NCBI GenBank assembly: GCA_963843505.1
Contig: CAWJKR010000013.1
Span: 36,775 to 100,774 of the forward strand
DNA from: Candidatus Aminicenantes bacterium
GTDB lineage: Bacteria > Acidobacteriota > Aminicenantia > Aminicenantales > Saccharicenantaceae
DNA length: 64,000 nt
Direction: 5' to 3'
Within the stretch, counting starts at the first letter, position 1; every line of letters starts with the position of its first letter. This document shows positions 11,247 to 20,582 of this stretch, one piece after another. The position numbers were made by a program, and so were the translations under genes. Below the pieces are notes generated by a model that saw only the letters and a program-made list of their open reading frames with translations, was not told the DNA's origin and made no database searches.

Positions 11247-11600
11247 ATGGCCCAGATCCAAGCCTACTGCGGCCTCGATTGCGGGGAATGCGAAGCCTAC
11301 GTCGCGACCCAGAAGAACGACCGGGCCGGACTCGAAGAGGTGGCCAAGAAATGGGCCGCGCAGTTCGGCGGCAAGGACATGGGCGCCGACGCCTGCGTCT
11401 GCGACGGCTGCCCGACGGGCAAGAGGACGAGCACGGCCCACGCGGCGACGTGCGGCATCCGCGTCTGCGCCTCGGCCCGCGGCGTCGTCACCTGCGCCCA
11501 CTGCGCGGATTACGGCTGCGCCACCCTGCAGCAGTTCTTCGCCTTCGCGCCCGTCCTCAAAGAGAAGCTCGAAGCGATCAGAAAAGAGATCGGGAAGTAG
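11247..11600 (+). CDS. DUF3795-type Cys-rich protein
   Basis: Intact 117-aa ORF with AGGAGG upstream. Starts YCGLDCGECEAY and carries further CxxC / C..C motifs typical of DUF3795. Confidence 0.7.
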   Translation: MAQIQAYCGLDCGECEAYVATQKNDRAGLEEVAKKWAAQFGGKDMGADACVCDGCPTGKRTSTAHAATCGIRVCASARGVVTCAHCADYGCATLQQFFAFAPVLKEKLEAIRKEIGK

Positions 11601-11633
11601 CCCTGCGGCCGCGGCTGGCGACGCGCGCGCGTC

Positions 11634-12107
11634 TCAGCGGTTGAGCGTAAAGATCGATACGGTCAGGACCGAGGCGAAGCTGACCCAGAGGATGTAAGGG
11701 ACGAGCAGCCAGGCCGCCGGCTTCGAGATCCTCCGGAAAAGGAGGATCGTCCAGAGGATCGTCGCCCACAGGAGCACGATGACGGCGACCGCTCCGAAGA
11801 GGTGATGGGCGCCGAAGAAGACGATCGACCACAGCGTGTTTAAAAGGAGCTGAACAGCGAAGACGGCCAGGGCCTTTCTCACTTCGGGCCGTTTGGATCC
11901 TTTCTCGTAGACGAGCCAGGCCGCCAGGCCCATCATGGCGTAGAGGATCGTCCAGACCGGAGCGAAGACCCAGCCCGGGGGATTGAAGGAGGGCTTGGCC
12001 AGGCCCGCGTACCAGCCGGGGATGGACGGTGCCGTGAAGAGGGAGCCGATGATGCCCGCGAGCTCGCATACGACGATCGAAACGACGATACCGAAGGCTT
12101 TCTTCAT
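11634..12107 (-). CDS. tspO: TspO/MBR family tryptophan-rich sensory protein
   Basis: Intact 157-aa ORF with 5 TM segments. Motifs: PSFNPPGWVFAPVWTILYAMMG, LLLNTLWSIVFF, LVPYILWVSFA. Confidence 0.9.
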   Translation of the reverse strand: MKKAFGIVVSIVVCELAGIIGSLFTAPSIPGWYAGLAKPSFNPPGWVFAPVWTILYAMMGLAAWLVYEKGSKRPEVRKALAVFAVQLLLNTLWSIVFFGAHHLFGAVAVIVLLWATILWTILLFRRISKPAAWLLVPYILWVSFASVLTVSIFTLNR

Positions 12108-12170
12108 GTCCTTCTCCCATGGGGCCGATGCGAATCGTACCCAAGGGACAGAAGGTTGTCAACGGCCGAT

Positions 12171-13625
12171 CTACGGTCGCTTGGCTTCCTTCGGCGGCGC
12201 GACGGAACCCGCATAGAACACCTCGCAGGGCTTGTTGCTGAACAGGTTCACCGCGCTCTTCAACAAGTTCGCAACGGGTTTGGTGAGCGACTTGAAGATG
12301 TCGATGTTGCCGATCTCCGGACGGCTGAAGGGTCCGCGGATCTTTTGCTTGACCTCCGCGCAGCCGTCTTGATCGACGACCGCCACGACGACGTCCTCGA
12401 AGCGGCTGTCGGCGAAATTCAGCCCGCCCGTCATGGCGATCCTTCGCTTTTCCGTGGCCATGGCGACATCGACCGCCTCGGCGACGCCTTTTTCGATCTT
12501 CCAGACCGAGACAAGCCTGGTGATGACGCTCTTCCCTCCCTGGGAATCCGCGAAGAGGTCGGCGAAACGGTAGCCTCTTGTGAGGGCCGGACCCAGGGGG
12601 CCCGCGAGGAAGAACGACCCGACATCGACGAGGTTGAACCTCCGGCTCCGGAGGAGCGACGAGGTCACGTCATCGATGTCCAAGCCGTTGAGCACGATAT
12701 TCTCGCCGCTCAGGGACGCCTGGCCCCGGAGGGAGCGTTTCACTTCGCCGATGGTCTTTCCCCTAGCGGTGAGGCTTGCGGACAGGTCGGCCAGCCCTTC
12801 CATGTTCTTCGCCTTCGAGGAACCTTGAAGCAGCTGCTCGATCTTGAGCGCCTTCTCGGCAAAGGTGAACGTGAATTGAGGCTCGGCCCCCGTGAAGTCC
12901 GCGCGCAGGGCACCGTTCCCCGGCCCCGCCGAAGACGTTCATGCGGACATCGCCGGCGTCGAGGACTCCGTTCTTGCCCACGACTCCCATGACGAGGTCG
13001 GTTATCGTGAGGTTCCCGGCTCGGATCGCCCGGCAGCGGATATCTCCGCTGAACGACAGCGTCTTCAACGGGCCCCCGCCCGGCGTCCCTCCGGCCCGGA
13101 TGTTTCCGGCCCTGATCTCAATACCCTCGAGCACGGTTTCCCCGCCGGACTCCAGGTTCGTAAATTGGAGGCTTCCCTCCGAAACGGCCAGCCTTTCCAG
13201 GGATACGGGGGTCCCTTTCGATCGGCCTCCCGGTTTTGCGATATTGAGCTTCCCGTCCTTTTGCCGGACGATGGTTATCGCGGGCTTGACGAGATCTATC
13301 CGGCTGATCCTGACCTTGCCCGTGATGAGCGGCAGGAGCTTCAGCCCGACCTTCGCCTTGGCCACGGTGGCGACATCGGAGCCGCCGTTCGTGACCGCGA
13401 TGTCCGCGATCGAAGCGCCGATGAACCGGGAACAACGATACGCCCACCCGCGCCTCGGACCTGGACATCCATTCCCAGGGCCTTGGAGGCGGTCGCCACG
13501 ATCCGGGGTTTGAGAGCTTTGGCGCCGAACAGGAGGACAAGGAAGACGAGAAGGAGGACGGCCAGGGCCGCCCCGCCTGCGATCAATAGTGTTCTTTTCT
13601 TAGTTCTTTTCTTACGGTTCGCCAT
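12171..13625 (-). CDS. AsmA-family outer-membrane biogenesis protein, two apparent frameshifts
   Basis: N-terminal anchor MANRKKRTKKRTLLIAGGAALAVLLLVFLVLLF. AsmA-like LKLLPLITGKVRISRIDLVKPAITIVRQKDGKLNI. Three ORF pieces (13341..13625, 12763..13365, 12171..12803) are joined at a GGG run (~13427-13429) and a CCCC run (12918-12921). Confidence 0.7.
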
Positions 13626-13827
13626 GCGTTATCCCCGTTAAATCCGATTCTCGGCCTGGGCGTGAGGGTGCGCCGGCCACGGCGTATTCAACCTTTATCG
13701 CTTTGATGATCGCCAGTGCTTCGGCGGTCCAGCTCGGGGCCGTCATATTTGCTATATATCTGCAGGATCTGGGGGTTCGTCTGCTGGCCCATGGCGAGCT
13801 TTGAAACGATGGGCTTGTCCATTTCAT
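13612..13827 (-). CDS. small hypothetical ORF (frame ambiguous)
   Basis: Two overlapping candidate frames, MKWTSP... (71 aa) and MDKPIVSKLAMGQQTNPQILQIYSKY... (44 aa). No recognisable family. Could be one small gene with a frame error. Confidence 0.2.
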   Translation of the reverse strand: MKWTSPSFQSSPWASRRTPRSCRYIANMTAPSWTAEALAIIKAIKVEYAVAGAPSRPGRESDLTGITHGEP

Positions 13828-13848
13828 GACCCCCCCTGGGAATTTCCC

Positions 13849-14061
13849 CTATCTCTTCTTTCGGTCGGCAAGGATCAGCGCGATGCCCCCGACGAGCGCG
13901 AGGCCGCCCACGATCGGAGGCACGGGGATGGTCTTCCTCTCCGAAGCCGTGACCTTGAGGGGTCCGATATCGATCAGCTTCTCCCGGGTTGTATAACGGA
14001 TGCCCTGGTAGGCCAAGGCCAAGGCGCCCAAAACGACGAGAACGATGCCCGCAAGCTTCAT
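13849..14061 (-). CDS. small two-TM membrane protein (70 aa)
   Basis: Inner Met of ORF 13849..14130 with GGAGG 8 nt upstream. MKLAGIVLVVLGALALAYQG ... PPIVGGLALVGGIALILADRKKR: two hydrophobic helices flank a short loop. Confidence 0.6.
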   Translation of the reverse strand: MKLAGIVLVVLGALALAYQGIRYTTREKLIDIGPLKVTASERKTIPVPPIVGGLALVGGIALILADRKKR

Positions 14062-14091
14062 GGAATGATGCCTCCCCCCGAGGTTAGGAAA

Positions 14092-14119
14092 GGGCGTCCT
14101 CCTCTCGGGGAGGACGCCC
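14092..14119 (-). terminator. GC-rich hairpin, intrinsic-terminator-like on the minus strand
   Basis: Perfect 11-bp stem GGGCGTCCTCC / GGAGGACGCCC with a 6-nt loop. On the minus strand it is followed by TTTCCTAA. It sits between the stop of the 14185 gene and the start of the 14061 gene. Confidence 0.5.
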
Positions 14120-14184
14120 ACTTGGATCAACCGCGAGGACGACTTCCCGTCAGATCCTCTGCGCGCAGCCTCGAGCAGGCTCCG

Positions 14185-14424
14185 TCAAAGGACCAGGATC
14201 AGGATGACCACCCCGACCATGATGGCGATGATGATGACGATGTCCCTTGTGGCGAGAGCGCCTCCTCCGGCATCCGACGCCGTGATCACGTCTTGGGCGC
14301 CGATGACGAGCTGGCCCGTCGTCCCCGCCTGCTGGGCCGCCGGTTTCTGAACGGCAGCCGCGGCGAAGGCGGACAGCATCATGATCATCATGACGACACT
14401 TCCGATCTTAACCCATCTTTTCAT
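14185..14424 (-). CDS. small secreted / C-terminally anchored protein (79 aa)
   Basis: Inner Met with AAGGAG upstream. Signal peptide MKRWVKIGSVVMMIMMLSAFAAAA, a Gly/Ala/Thr-rich middle, and C-terminal hydrophobic helix IVIIIAIMVGVVILILVL. Its start overlaps the 3' end of the C39-TPR gene by 17 nt. Confidence 0.5.
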   Translation of the reverse strand: MKRWVKIGSVVMMIMMLSAFAAAAVQKPAAQQAGTTGQLVIGAQDVITASDAGGGALATRDIVIIIAIMVGVVILILVL

Positions 14425-15448
14425 TCGACTTCTCCTTCTTTTGAATGTATTCAAGCCGGGCCCTTTCGATATAAAGGGCCCTTACTTGCAGATAATGCGC
14501 CCGGATGAACCCTTCTTTGGGGGCCAGCCGGAGAGCCTGGCCGAGGGACTGGAGAGCCGGGAGCATCTTGCCTTGATTGGCATAAGCCAGGCCCAGGACG
14601 TCGTGAGCGTAGGCGCTGTTCGCGTCCACGCCGAGGGCTTCAAGGGCATATTGCTCGGCTTCCGCGAACTTGCCTTGTCTCAGGCTGACCATGCCCAGAC
14701 TGTAAAGCGGATACGGATCTTGGCCGAGGGATTCCCTGACCTTTTCCCACTGCTCCCTCGATCTCGCGAAATCCGACCTCCGGTAATAGGCCGTGGCCAG
14801 ATTGATGGAGGTCAGAGCGTCGTTTTGGAGGGAGGGAAATGCGAAAGGGCTTTGAGCGGGGACAACGGCCATCATCCATCGGGACAGGTTCCGGCCCTTT
14901 CCGAGCTCCCAGACCTTCATGAAGCTCTTGGTCTTCATGGCCCGCCGGCCTCCGAAAAGGGGGTCGTGGAAGATGATCTGGCCCTTGTCGTCATCGAACC
15001 CGATGACCACCCGGTAATGTCCCTTGCCGACCTGTTTTATGGTCTTCGTCAGGACAATGACCGGGATGTCTTTCTGACACAGATCTTTCAGGATCTGCAG
15101 GGTGCCCTGGAACGAGTAGCTCTCGAACCCTTGGGTCCGCGGATACAAGACGAGCTCGGAGTTGTAGGTCGCCTGGCTCCCGGAGTCATAGATCTCATCC
15201 GCGATCTTCCGTTGGCTGAAGGATCGCGTTTCATCCCAGGAGTTGAGGACCATGGTCAAACAGGCCGGGCCGCAATAATTTATCTTCAGCCATTTTTCGA
15301 AAGGGACAGTCTGGATCAGATGCCCGTTTTCGGGCTTGGCTTTCCCGTACTTGAAGACTTGCGCGGAAAAGAGTCCGGATGTCATCAGTCCCAAGCCCAA
15401 GAGGACCCCATATATCCGTCTTGCGGTCCGGCCCTTCGACCCGATCAT
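14408..15448 (-). CDS. C39-like (papain-fold) cysteine peptidase domain fused to TPR repeats
   Basis: Intact 346-aa ORF with a signal/anchor. Catalytic-Cys motif INYCGPACLTMVL and His motif KGHYRVVIGFDD. The C-terminal half carries TPR-like repeats (YYRRSDFARSREQWEKV..., GMVSLRQGKFAEAEQYALEAL..., LGLAYANQGKMLPALQSL...). Confidence 0.75.
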   Translation of the reverse strand: MIGSKGRTARRIYGVLLGLGLMTSGLFSAQVFKYGKAKPENGHLIQTVPFEKWLKINYCGPACLTMVLNSWDETRSFSQRKIADEIYDSGSQATYNSELVLYPRTQGFESYSFQGTLQILKDLCQKDIPVIVLTKTIKQVGKGHYRVVIGFDDDKGQIIFHDPLFGGRRAMKTKSFMKVWELGKGRNLSRWMMAVVPAQSPFAFPSLQNDALTSINLATAYYRRSDFARSREQWEKVRESLGQDPYPLYSLGMVSLRQGKFAEAEQYALEALGVDANSAYAHDVLGLAYANQGKMLPALQSLGQALRLAPKEGFIRAHYLQVRALYIERARLEYIQKKEKSNEKMG

Positions 15449-15614
15449 TTTGGCGCTTTCCCTCTAAAGGACTCTTCCGGCCCTTCACCAGTCGTATGAT
15501 CAGAAGGACCAGGGCGATGACGATGAGCGCGTGGATCAGGCCGCCGCCGACATGGAACGCGAAGAACCCCAGGGCCCACAGAACGACCAGGATGATGACA
15601 AGAGCTTCTAACAT
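15231..15614 (-). CDS. lmo0937-family small membrane protein (likely shorter than the open frame)
   Basis: ATG at 15614 with GGAGG upstream. MLEALVIILVVLWALGFFAFHVGGGLIHALIVIALVLLIIRLVKGRK matches the ~50-aa lmo0937/DUF5670 pattern. The frame then runs on about 80 codons into the C39 gene, which suggests a missed stop or a frame error. Confidence 0.55.
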   Translation of the reverse strand: MLEALVIILVVLWALGFFAFHVGGGLIHALIVIALVLLIIRLVKGRKSPLEGKRQNDRVEGPDRKTDIWGPLGLGTDDIRTLFRASLQVRESQARKRASDPDCPFRKMAEDKLLRPGLFDHGPQLLG

Positions 15615-16020
15615 ATCAACCTCCTTTTCTATCTTGCCTCTCGCTGTCCTGCGCCTCGCCGTCATTGGAAGGCGCACGGACTCGGGAGAAGCACCTTCGC
15701 TTATGCCGATTTCATGCCAAGAAATTCCCGCTCTCTCTGACGGTCCGGAAACCGGTTTCCCCCCTGAGAAAGACCGAAATCCAGGCGGCGGGGACTATCA
15801 GAAGTTCCCGAAAGGCATCATACAGACTGCTTCGTACCCAGGGATCAATCCGTCAAATGGCACTTGTCCTGTTCTTCAGGAAACGCCTCCGGTCCCCATG
15901 CCGAGGGATCCTTGAATCAAGAGAGCTCCGCTTTCGAAGTTACGCCCCGGATGCCCTGGTGTAATATAGGAGAGCGGATCCGAACGCGCAAGAGAACCGC
16001 GAATTCCCATGGAGGTGCAC

Positions 16021-16752
16021 ATGACCGTCAAGATCGAAGGCCACAAGCTTCTGGCCGTCTATTCCGGCGTCCTGACCCTCGCCGTGGCCGTGGCTCTGCT
16101 CACGGGCGCCGCGCGGCCGCGGAGCGCGAGCTTTTCCTCGATCGACGTCCAGCGGATCAACGTCGTCGAGCCCGACGGGACGGTCCGGCTGGTCCTCTCC
16201 AGCAAGGCCCTCTTTCCGGGCATTCTCTTCAAGAAGAAGGAATACCCGCATCCCAACCGGGCCACGGCCGGCATCCTCTTCTATAACGACGAGGGCACGG
16301 AGAACGGCGGCCTGACCTTCGGGGGCGAGAAGGACAAGGACGGGAAGGTCAGCGCTTACGGTCACCTCAGCTTCGACCAATACGACCAGGACCAGGTCCT
16401 GACCCTCGACGCGTCGGAGGACGACGGCTACCGGAAGGCCCGGTTCTCGATCTGGGACCGGCCCGAGTATTCGATCGGCGAGCTGCTCGAGCTCCAGGGC
16501 CGGATCAAGGACATGACCCAAGAGGAGCAGAAGGAAGAGTACGCCAAGTTCTTCGCCGGGCGCGGCCAGGCCCAGCCCCGGCTCTTCCTGGGGAAGAGCG
16601 ACAACGGCGCGGTCTCGCTGCGGCTCAACGACGCGCAGGGCAAGGAACGGCTCATCGTCGAGGTGGCGCCCGACGGCGCCCCTGTCGTCCGCTTCCTCGA
16701 CGCGAGCGGCCGGGAGACCGGACGGATCCCGGCCGAAAAAGATAAAGACTAG
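16021..16752 (+). CDS. membrane-anchored hypothetical protein
   Basis: ATG at 16021 has GGAGG 5 nt upstream (ORF track starts at 16009). N-terminal anchor LLAVYSGVLTLAVAVALLTGA, then a soluble beta-rich domain. No family recognised. Confidence 0.6.
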   Translation: MTVKIEGHKLLAVYSGVLTLAVAVALLTGAARPRSASFSSIDVQRINVVEPDGTVRLVLSSKALFPGILFKKKEYPHPNRATAGILFYNDEGTENGGLTFGGEKDKDGKVSAYGHLSFDQYDQDQVLTLDASEDDGYRKARFSIWDRPEYSIGELLELQGRIKDMTQEEQKEEYAKFFAGRGQAQPRLFLGKSDNGAVSLRLNDAQGKERLIVEVAPDGAPVVRFLDASGRETGRIPAEKDKD

Positions 16753-18362
16753 CCGCGGATCGTGGCCGCCTTCTCGTGGATGCCCGTGGCCCCGTCGGGG
16801 AAGGGCGGGTGGTCTTCGGTGATCTGGGGCTCGCCCGCGCCGTTGTAGGCGCGAACCCGGAAGATGTGCTTCCCCGGGGTCGCCTTCCAGTCATAGCGCC
16901 ACTGGACCCAGGTCAGCGGGCTGAGCGCCGGCAGGCGCAGCTCGGCTTTCTCCCAGGGGTCGCCGTCCACGCGCACCTCGACCATGCTGATGCCCCTGTC
17001 GCCGGCGTAGGCGATGCCTCCGACCGGGACGAGGCCGGTCTCCGGGGCGGGGGCGCCCGCGGCGACGGCGTCGATGACCGACGTCGTCCGGACGCGGGCC
17101 GTCTCGCTCCAGTCCCGGTCGACCCAGAAGCCCTTGCCCTTATGGTCGATGGCCTCCATCCGGACGATCCACTTGGGCTGCTTCATCCCGAAATGACCGG
17201 GGATGTAGACGCGCAGGGGAAAGCCGTGGTCGGCCGTCAGCGGCTCGCCGTTCATCTCGTAAACGAGCAGGGTGCGGCCGTCCAGGGCCTCGCCGAGAGG
17301 AACGCTCTCGTAGAAGCCGTCGGCCGACTCGATAGAGATCTCCTTGACGCCCTCCTTCAACCCCGCTTCTTCGAGAATGGCCTTGAAGGGGACGCCCGTC
17401 CAGAAGCTGGTGCTGATGAGGTCGCCGCCGACCGGGTTGGAGATGCAGGACAGGGTTAGCGCCTGGGTCTGCCGCGGCTTCGACCGGATGTCGTCGAGGG
17501 ACAGTTCGAGCGGATGGTCGACGAGCCCCCCGAGCTTCAGTCGCCAGGCCTTGCCGTCGACCTTGGGAGGCTGCAGGTTGATGTCGATCCTGTAGAAATC
17601 CCGGTTCGAGGTCAGCTCGGCGCGGGTGCCGGGGACGGGCGGGAATCTCTTTTCGAGCTCTCCGGCGGCGGGGGAGGCGGCCGGTCCCGAAGTCCCGCCG
17701 GCCCTGACGATTTCCTCCCGGTCGATCTCGCTCAGCGACGCCTTCTTCCTCTTGGACACGACGCTGACGCCGGCGGCCGTGACCATGACCACGAAGGAGC
17801 CCGTCCCGACCAATCGGAGGAACCGCCGCCGCGAGATCGTGTCCTCGGGCGAAGCCTCGGAGGCCGCCGAGAGCGCGGAGAGCGTCCTGCCGAGCAGGGC
17901 CCCGCCGCCGATGAGGACGAGGCCCAGCCACGGCAGGGCGGCCAACGGGCTCGCCTCGGCGAATCCCCGGGCCGCCTCAATGCCTGTCGCGGAGAGGAAG
18001 AGGAGCAGCCCGCCGATCGCGCCGTACAGCGTCAGGCGTTCCGGCCGTCGCCGCCCAGCGACGCCCAGGATCAGGCCGAAGACGACCCAGGTCGCGGCGA
18101 ATTGGACCAAGGCCATGCCCTGCTCGGCCAGCTTGGCCGTGGAGGCGGTCGGCCCCAGCCTGAGCCCCCGGATGATCATGACCATGGTATCGATCGAGGT
18201 CGCGACCAGCCGGCCGGGAAGGACGCGGGCCAGCCAATCGAAGATGTCGAACGGAAGGTAGGGCAGGCCGGCGAGCCGGTTCCCGAGATAGGTCGCCGCG
18301 ATGACCACGAGTCCCGCCACGAGCCCGAATGTTCCCGTTCTGACCGCGCTGGGCTTATCCAT
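16749..18362 (-). CDS. molybdopterin-dependent oxidoreductase (sulfite-oxidase/YedY fold) fused to an N-terminal polytopic membrane domain
   Basis: Intact 537-aa ORF. About 170 aa of TM helices, a TAT-like RRRFLRL, then FYRIDINLQPPKVD, LTLSCISNPVGG (Mo-ligand Cys region), GFPLRVYIPGHFGMKQPKWIVRMEAID, and a C-terminal Ig-like dimerisation-type domain. Confidence 0.85.
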   Translation of the reverse strand: MDKPSAVRTGTFGLVAGLVVIAATYLGNRLAGLPYLPFDIFDWLARVLPGRLVATSIDTMVMIIRGLRLGPTASTAKLAEQGMALVQFAATWVVFGLILGVAGRRRPERLTLYGAIGGLLLFLSATGIEAARGFAEASPLAALPWLGLVLIGGGALLGRTLSALSAASEASPEDTISRRRFLRLVGTGSFVVMVTAAGVSVVSKRKKASLSEIDREEIVRAGGTSGPAASPAAGELEKRFPPVPGTRAELTSNRDFYRIDINLQPPKVDGKAWRLKLGGLVDHPLELSLDDIRSKPRQTQALTLSCISNPVGGDLISTSFWTGVPFKAILEEAGLKEGVKEISIESADGFYESVPLGEALDGRTLLVYEMNGEPLTADHGFPLRVYIPGHFGMKQPKWIVRMEAIDHKGKGFWVDRDWSETARVRTTSVIDAVAAGAPAPETGLVPVGGIAYAGDRGISMVEVRVDGDPWEKAELRLPALSPLTWVQWRYDWKATPGKHIFRVRAYNGAGEPQITEDHPPFPDGATGIHEKAATIRG

Positions 18363-18449
18363 CGTCCCCCCTCGCCTTCGGCGGGAGCGCCGCAGGTCTT
18401 TTTTTCGTTAAAACCATGATACCACAAGGCCGCCCGCGACGGGATATCC

Positions 18450-18478
18450 TTGACCGCGGCCCGGGCCGGGGATATCAT
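18450..18478 (+). promoter_or_regulatory. sigma70-type promoter candidate (TTGACC-N17-TATCAT)
   Basis: TTGACC at 18450-18455 and TATCAT at 18473-18478, followed by GGAGG at 18491 and the ATG at 18503. Confidence 0.5.
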
Positions 18479-18502
18479 CGGGGCCCAAGAGGAGGCGCCT
18501 TC

Positions 18503-18880
18503 ATGCCGCGCGAACGTCAGGACAACGAGCCGCCTTCGGCCATCGCCGAACTGGGCTGGCGCTACCACCATCTCGGCGTCCCGACCACGGTCCCTCATCC
18601 GGGCGAGGTCTACCTGCCGCATCTCAAGCTGTATGTCTCGGGCTTTCGGACGAGCCCTTTCGGCATCGAATGGATGCGCTTCGAGCCCGGCTGCGGGATC
18701 TCGGAGCTGGTGCGGACGGTGCCGCACATCGCCTTCGAAGTCGACGATCTCGAGGCCGCGCTGGCCCGGCTGGGGGCGACGGCCGAGATCACCTCGCCGT
18801 CCGAGGGGGTCCGGGTGGCCATGATCACGGATAACGGCGCTCCCGTGGAGCTCATCGAGTTCCGCCGCAGGCGGCCTTGA
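18503..18880 (+). CDS. VOC (glyoxalase/bleomycin-resistance fold) family protein
   Basis: Inner Met of ORF 18416..18880 with GGAGG upstream. YHHLGVPT ... PHIAFEVDDLEAAL ... VAMITDNGAPVELIEF is typical of the VOC beta-alpha-beta-beta-beta modules. Confidence 0.65.
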   Translation: MPRERQDNEPPSAIAELGWRYHHLGVPTTVPHPGEVYLPHLKLYVSGFRTSPFGIEWMRFEPGCGISELVRTVPHIAFEVDDLEAALARLGATAEITSPSEGVRVAMITDNGAPVELIEFRRRRP

Positions 18881-18906
18881 CCTTCTGATTCCGCCGGCGA
18901 TATGAT
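18877..18906 (+). promoter_or_regulatory. sigma70-type promoter candidate (TTGACC-N18-TATGAT)
   Basis: TTGACC at 18877-18882 (overlapping the VOC stop) and TATGAT at 18901-18906, followed by GGAGG and the ATG at 18935. Confidence 0.45.
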
Positions 18907-18934
18907 GTCCGCACCCCATCGGAAGGAGGCCCTC

Positions 18935-20566
18935 ATGTCCGTATTCCGCCGCACTTCCCGCGCCGCCCTCGCAGTCGCGTTCGCCGTCTTGATCCTCTCT
19001 CAAGCCCTGCCGCCGCTCCAGGGCGCCGAGCCGGCGCCAGATGCCCGGGCTCAGAAGACCGTCGCCGGGGTGCCGCCCGGGATCGACGCGACCGTCGCCC
19101 GGGCCATGAAGGCCTTCGAGGTCCCCGGGCTCGCCCTGGCCATCGTCAAGGACGGCCGCGTCGTCCTGGCCAAGGGCTACGGCGTCCGGAAGCTTGGCGA
19201 CCCGGCGCCGGTCGACGGCCGGACGCTCTTCGGCATCGCCTCGAACACCAAGGTCTTCACCGCCACGGCGCTCGGCCTCCTCGTCGAGGAGGGCAAGCTC
19301 GCCTGGGACGCGCCCGTCGTCGACTATCTCCCGTGGTTCATGATGTACGATCCCTACGTCACCCGCGAGCTCAGCGTCCGCGACCTTCTCGTCCACCGCA
19401 GCGGCCTGGGGCTCGGGGCCGGCGACCTGCTGTGGTGGCCGGAATCGACCTATAACCGGGAGGAGGTCGCGCGGCGCCTGCGCTATATCAAGCCGGCGAC
19501 GTCCTTCCGGAGCGCCTACGCCTACGACAACGTCCTTTACCTCGTCGCCGGCGAGGTCATCCAGGCCGTGTCCGGCATGTCGTGGGAGGATTTCGTCGCC
19601 GACCGCATCCTGAAGAAGGTCGGCATGGCCGGGAGCAACGTCCGCCATTCGGCGGCGGCCGAAAGCGGCAACGTCGCCACGCCGCACGCCAAAGTCGAGG
19701 GCGCTGTGAGGCCGATCGCCCCGTTCACGAGCGACAACACCAATCCGGCGGGAGGCATCAACTCCGGGGCCGAGGACATGGCCAAGTGGATGCTCGTCCG
19801 GTTGGCCCGGGGCAAGCTGGCCGACGGCGCCGCGCTCTACTCGGAGCGGACCGCGCGGCAGATCGAGACCCCGGTGACCATCGTGCCGAATTCCGCCCCG
19901 CCGGCCGAGCTGGCGGCCCTGAAGTCGAACTTCGCCGCCTATGCCCTCGGCTTGGGGATCCGCGAATACCGCGGCCAGCGCGTCATCACCCATACCGGAG
20001 GCTTGCCGGGCTATGTCTCGATCGTGACGCTTCTCCCGGAGCGCAACTTCGGCGTCGCCATCCTGACGAACGCCGAGTCGACGAACGCTTTTTCCGCCCT
20101 CACCTGGCAGATCGTGGACAACGATCTCGGCGCCCCGGCGACGGACTGGACGGCCGCTTTCCTCAAGCTGCAGGCCCGGTTCGACGAGGAGACCCAGAAG
20201 GCGCTCGGCGAGTCCGCGGCGGCCCGGGACGCCTCGTCGAAGCCCTCGCTGCCCCTGGCGAAATACGCCGGCGTCTACACCGACGCCTGGTACGGCGACG
20301 TCGCCGTCGAGGAGACCGGAGGCCGGCTGGTCATGCGCTTCTCCAAGACGCCCGCGCTCGTCGGCGATATGGAGCATTGGCAATACGATACCTTCATCGT
20401 CCGCTGGCGCGACCGGGAGCTCCGGGCCGACGCCTACGTGACGTTCGCCCTCAATCCCGACGGCTCCATCGAACGGGCCAGGATGGAAGCGGTCTCGCCG
20501 GAGACCGATTTCAGCTACGACTTCCAGGACCTCGACCTCCGGCCCGCGCCCAAGCCCCGGCGCTGA
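18935..20566 (+). CDS. serine hydrolase, beta-lactamase/PBP4 (class C-like) family with a C-terminal DUF3471-type domain
   Basis: Intact ORF with inner Met MSVFRR... after GGAGG. Signal peptide, then the S-x-x-K motif in FGIASNTKVFTA. Also LLVHRSGL, YDNVLY, and HTGGLPGY (KTG-like HTG). Confidence 0.85.
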   Translation: MSVFRRTSRAALAVAFAVLILSQALPPLQGAEPAPDARAQKTVAGVPPGIDATVARAMKAFEVPGLALAIVKDGRVVLAKGYGVRKLGDPAPVDGRTLFGIASNTKVFTATALGLLVEEGKLAWDAPVVDYLPWFMMYDPYVTRELSVRDLLVHRSGLGLGAGDLLWWPESTYNREEVARRLRYIKPATSFRSAYAYDNVLYLVAGEVIQAVSGMSWEDFVADRILKKVGMAGSNVRHSAAAESGNVATPHAKVEGAVRPIAPFTSDNTNPAGGINSGAEDMAKWMLVRLARGKLADGAALYSERTARQIETPVTIVPNSAPPAELAALKSNFAAYALGLGIREYRGQRVITHTGGLPGYVSIVTLLPERNFGVAILTNAESTNAFSALTWQIVDNDLGAPATDWTAAFLKLQARFDEETQKALGESAAARDASSKPSLPLAKYAGVYTDAWYGDVAVEETGGRLVMRFSKTPALVGDMEHWQYDTFIVRWRDRELRADAYVTFALNPDGSIERARMEAVSPETDFSYDFQDLDLRPAPKPRR

Positions 20567-20582
20567 AGCCCAGCTTTCCGTC

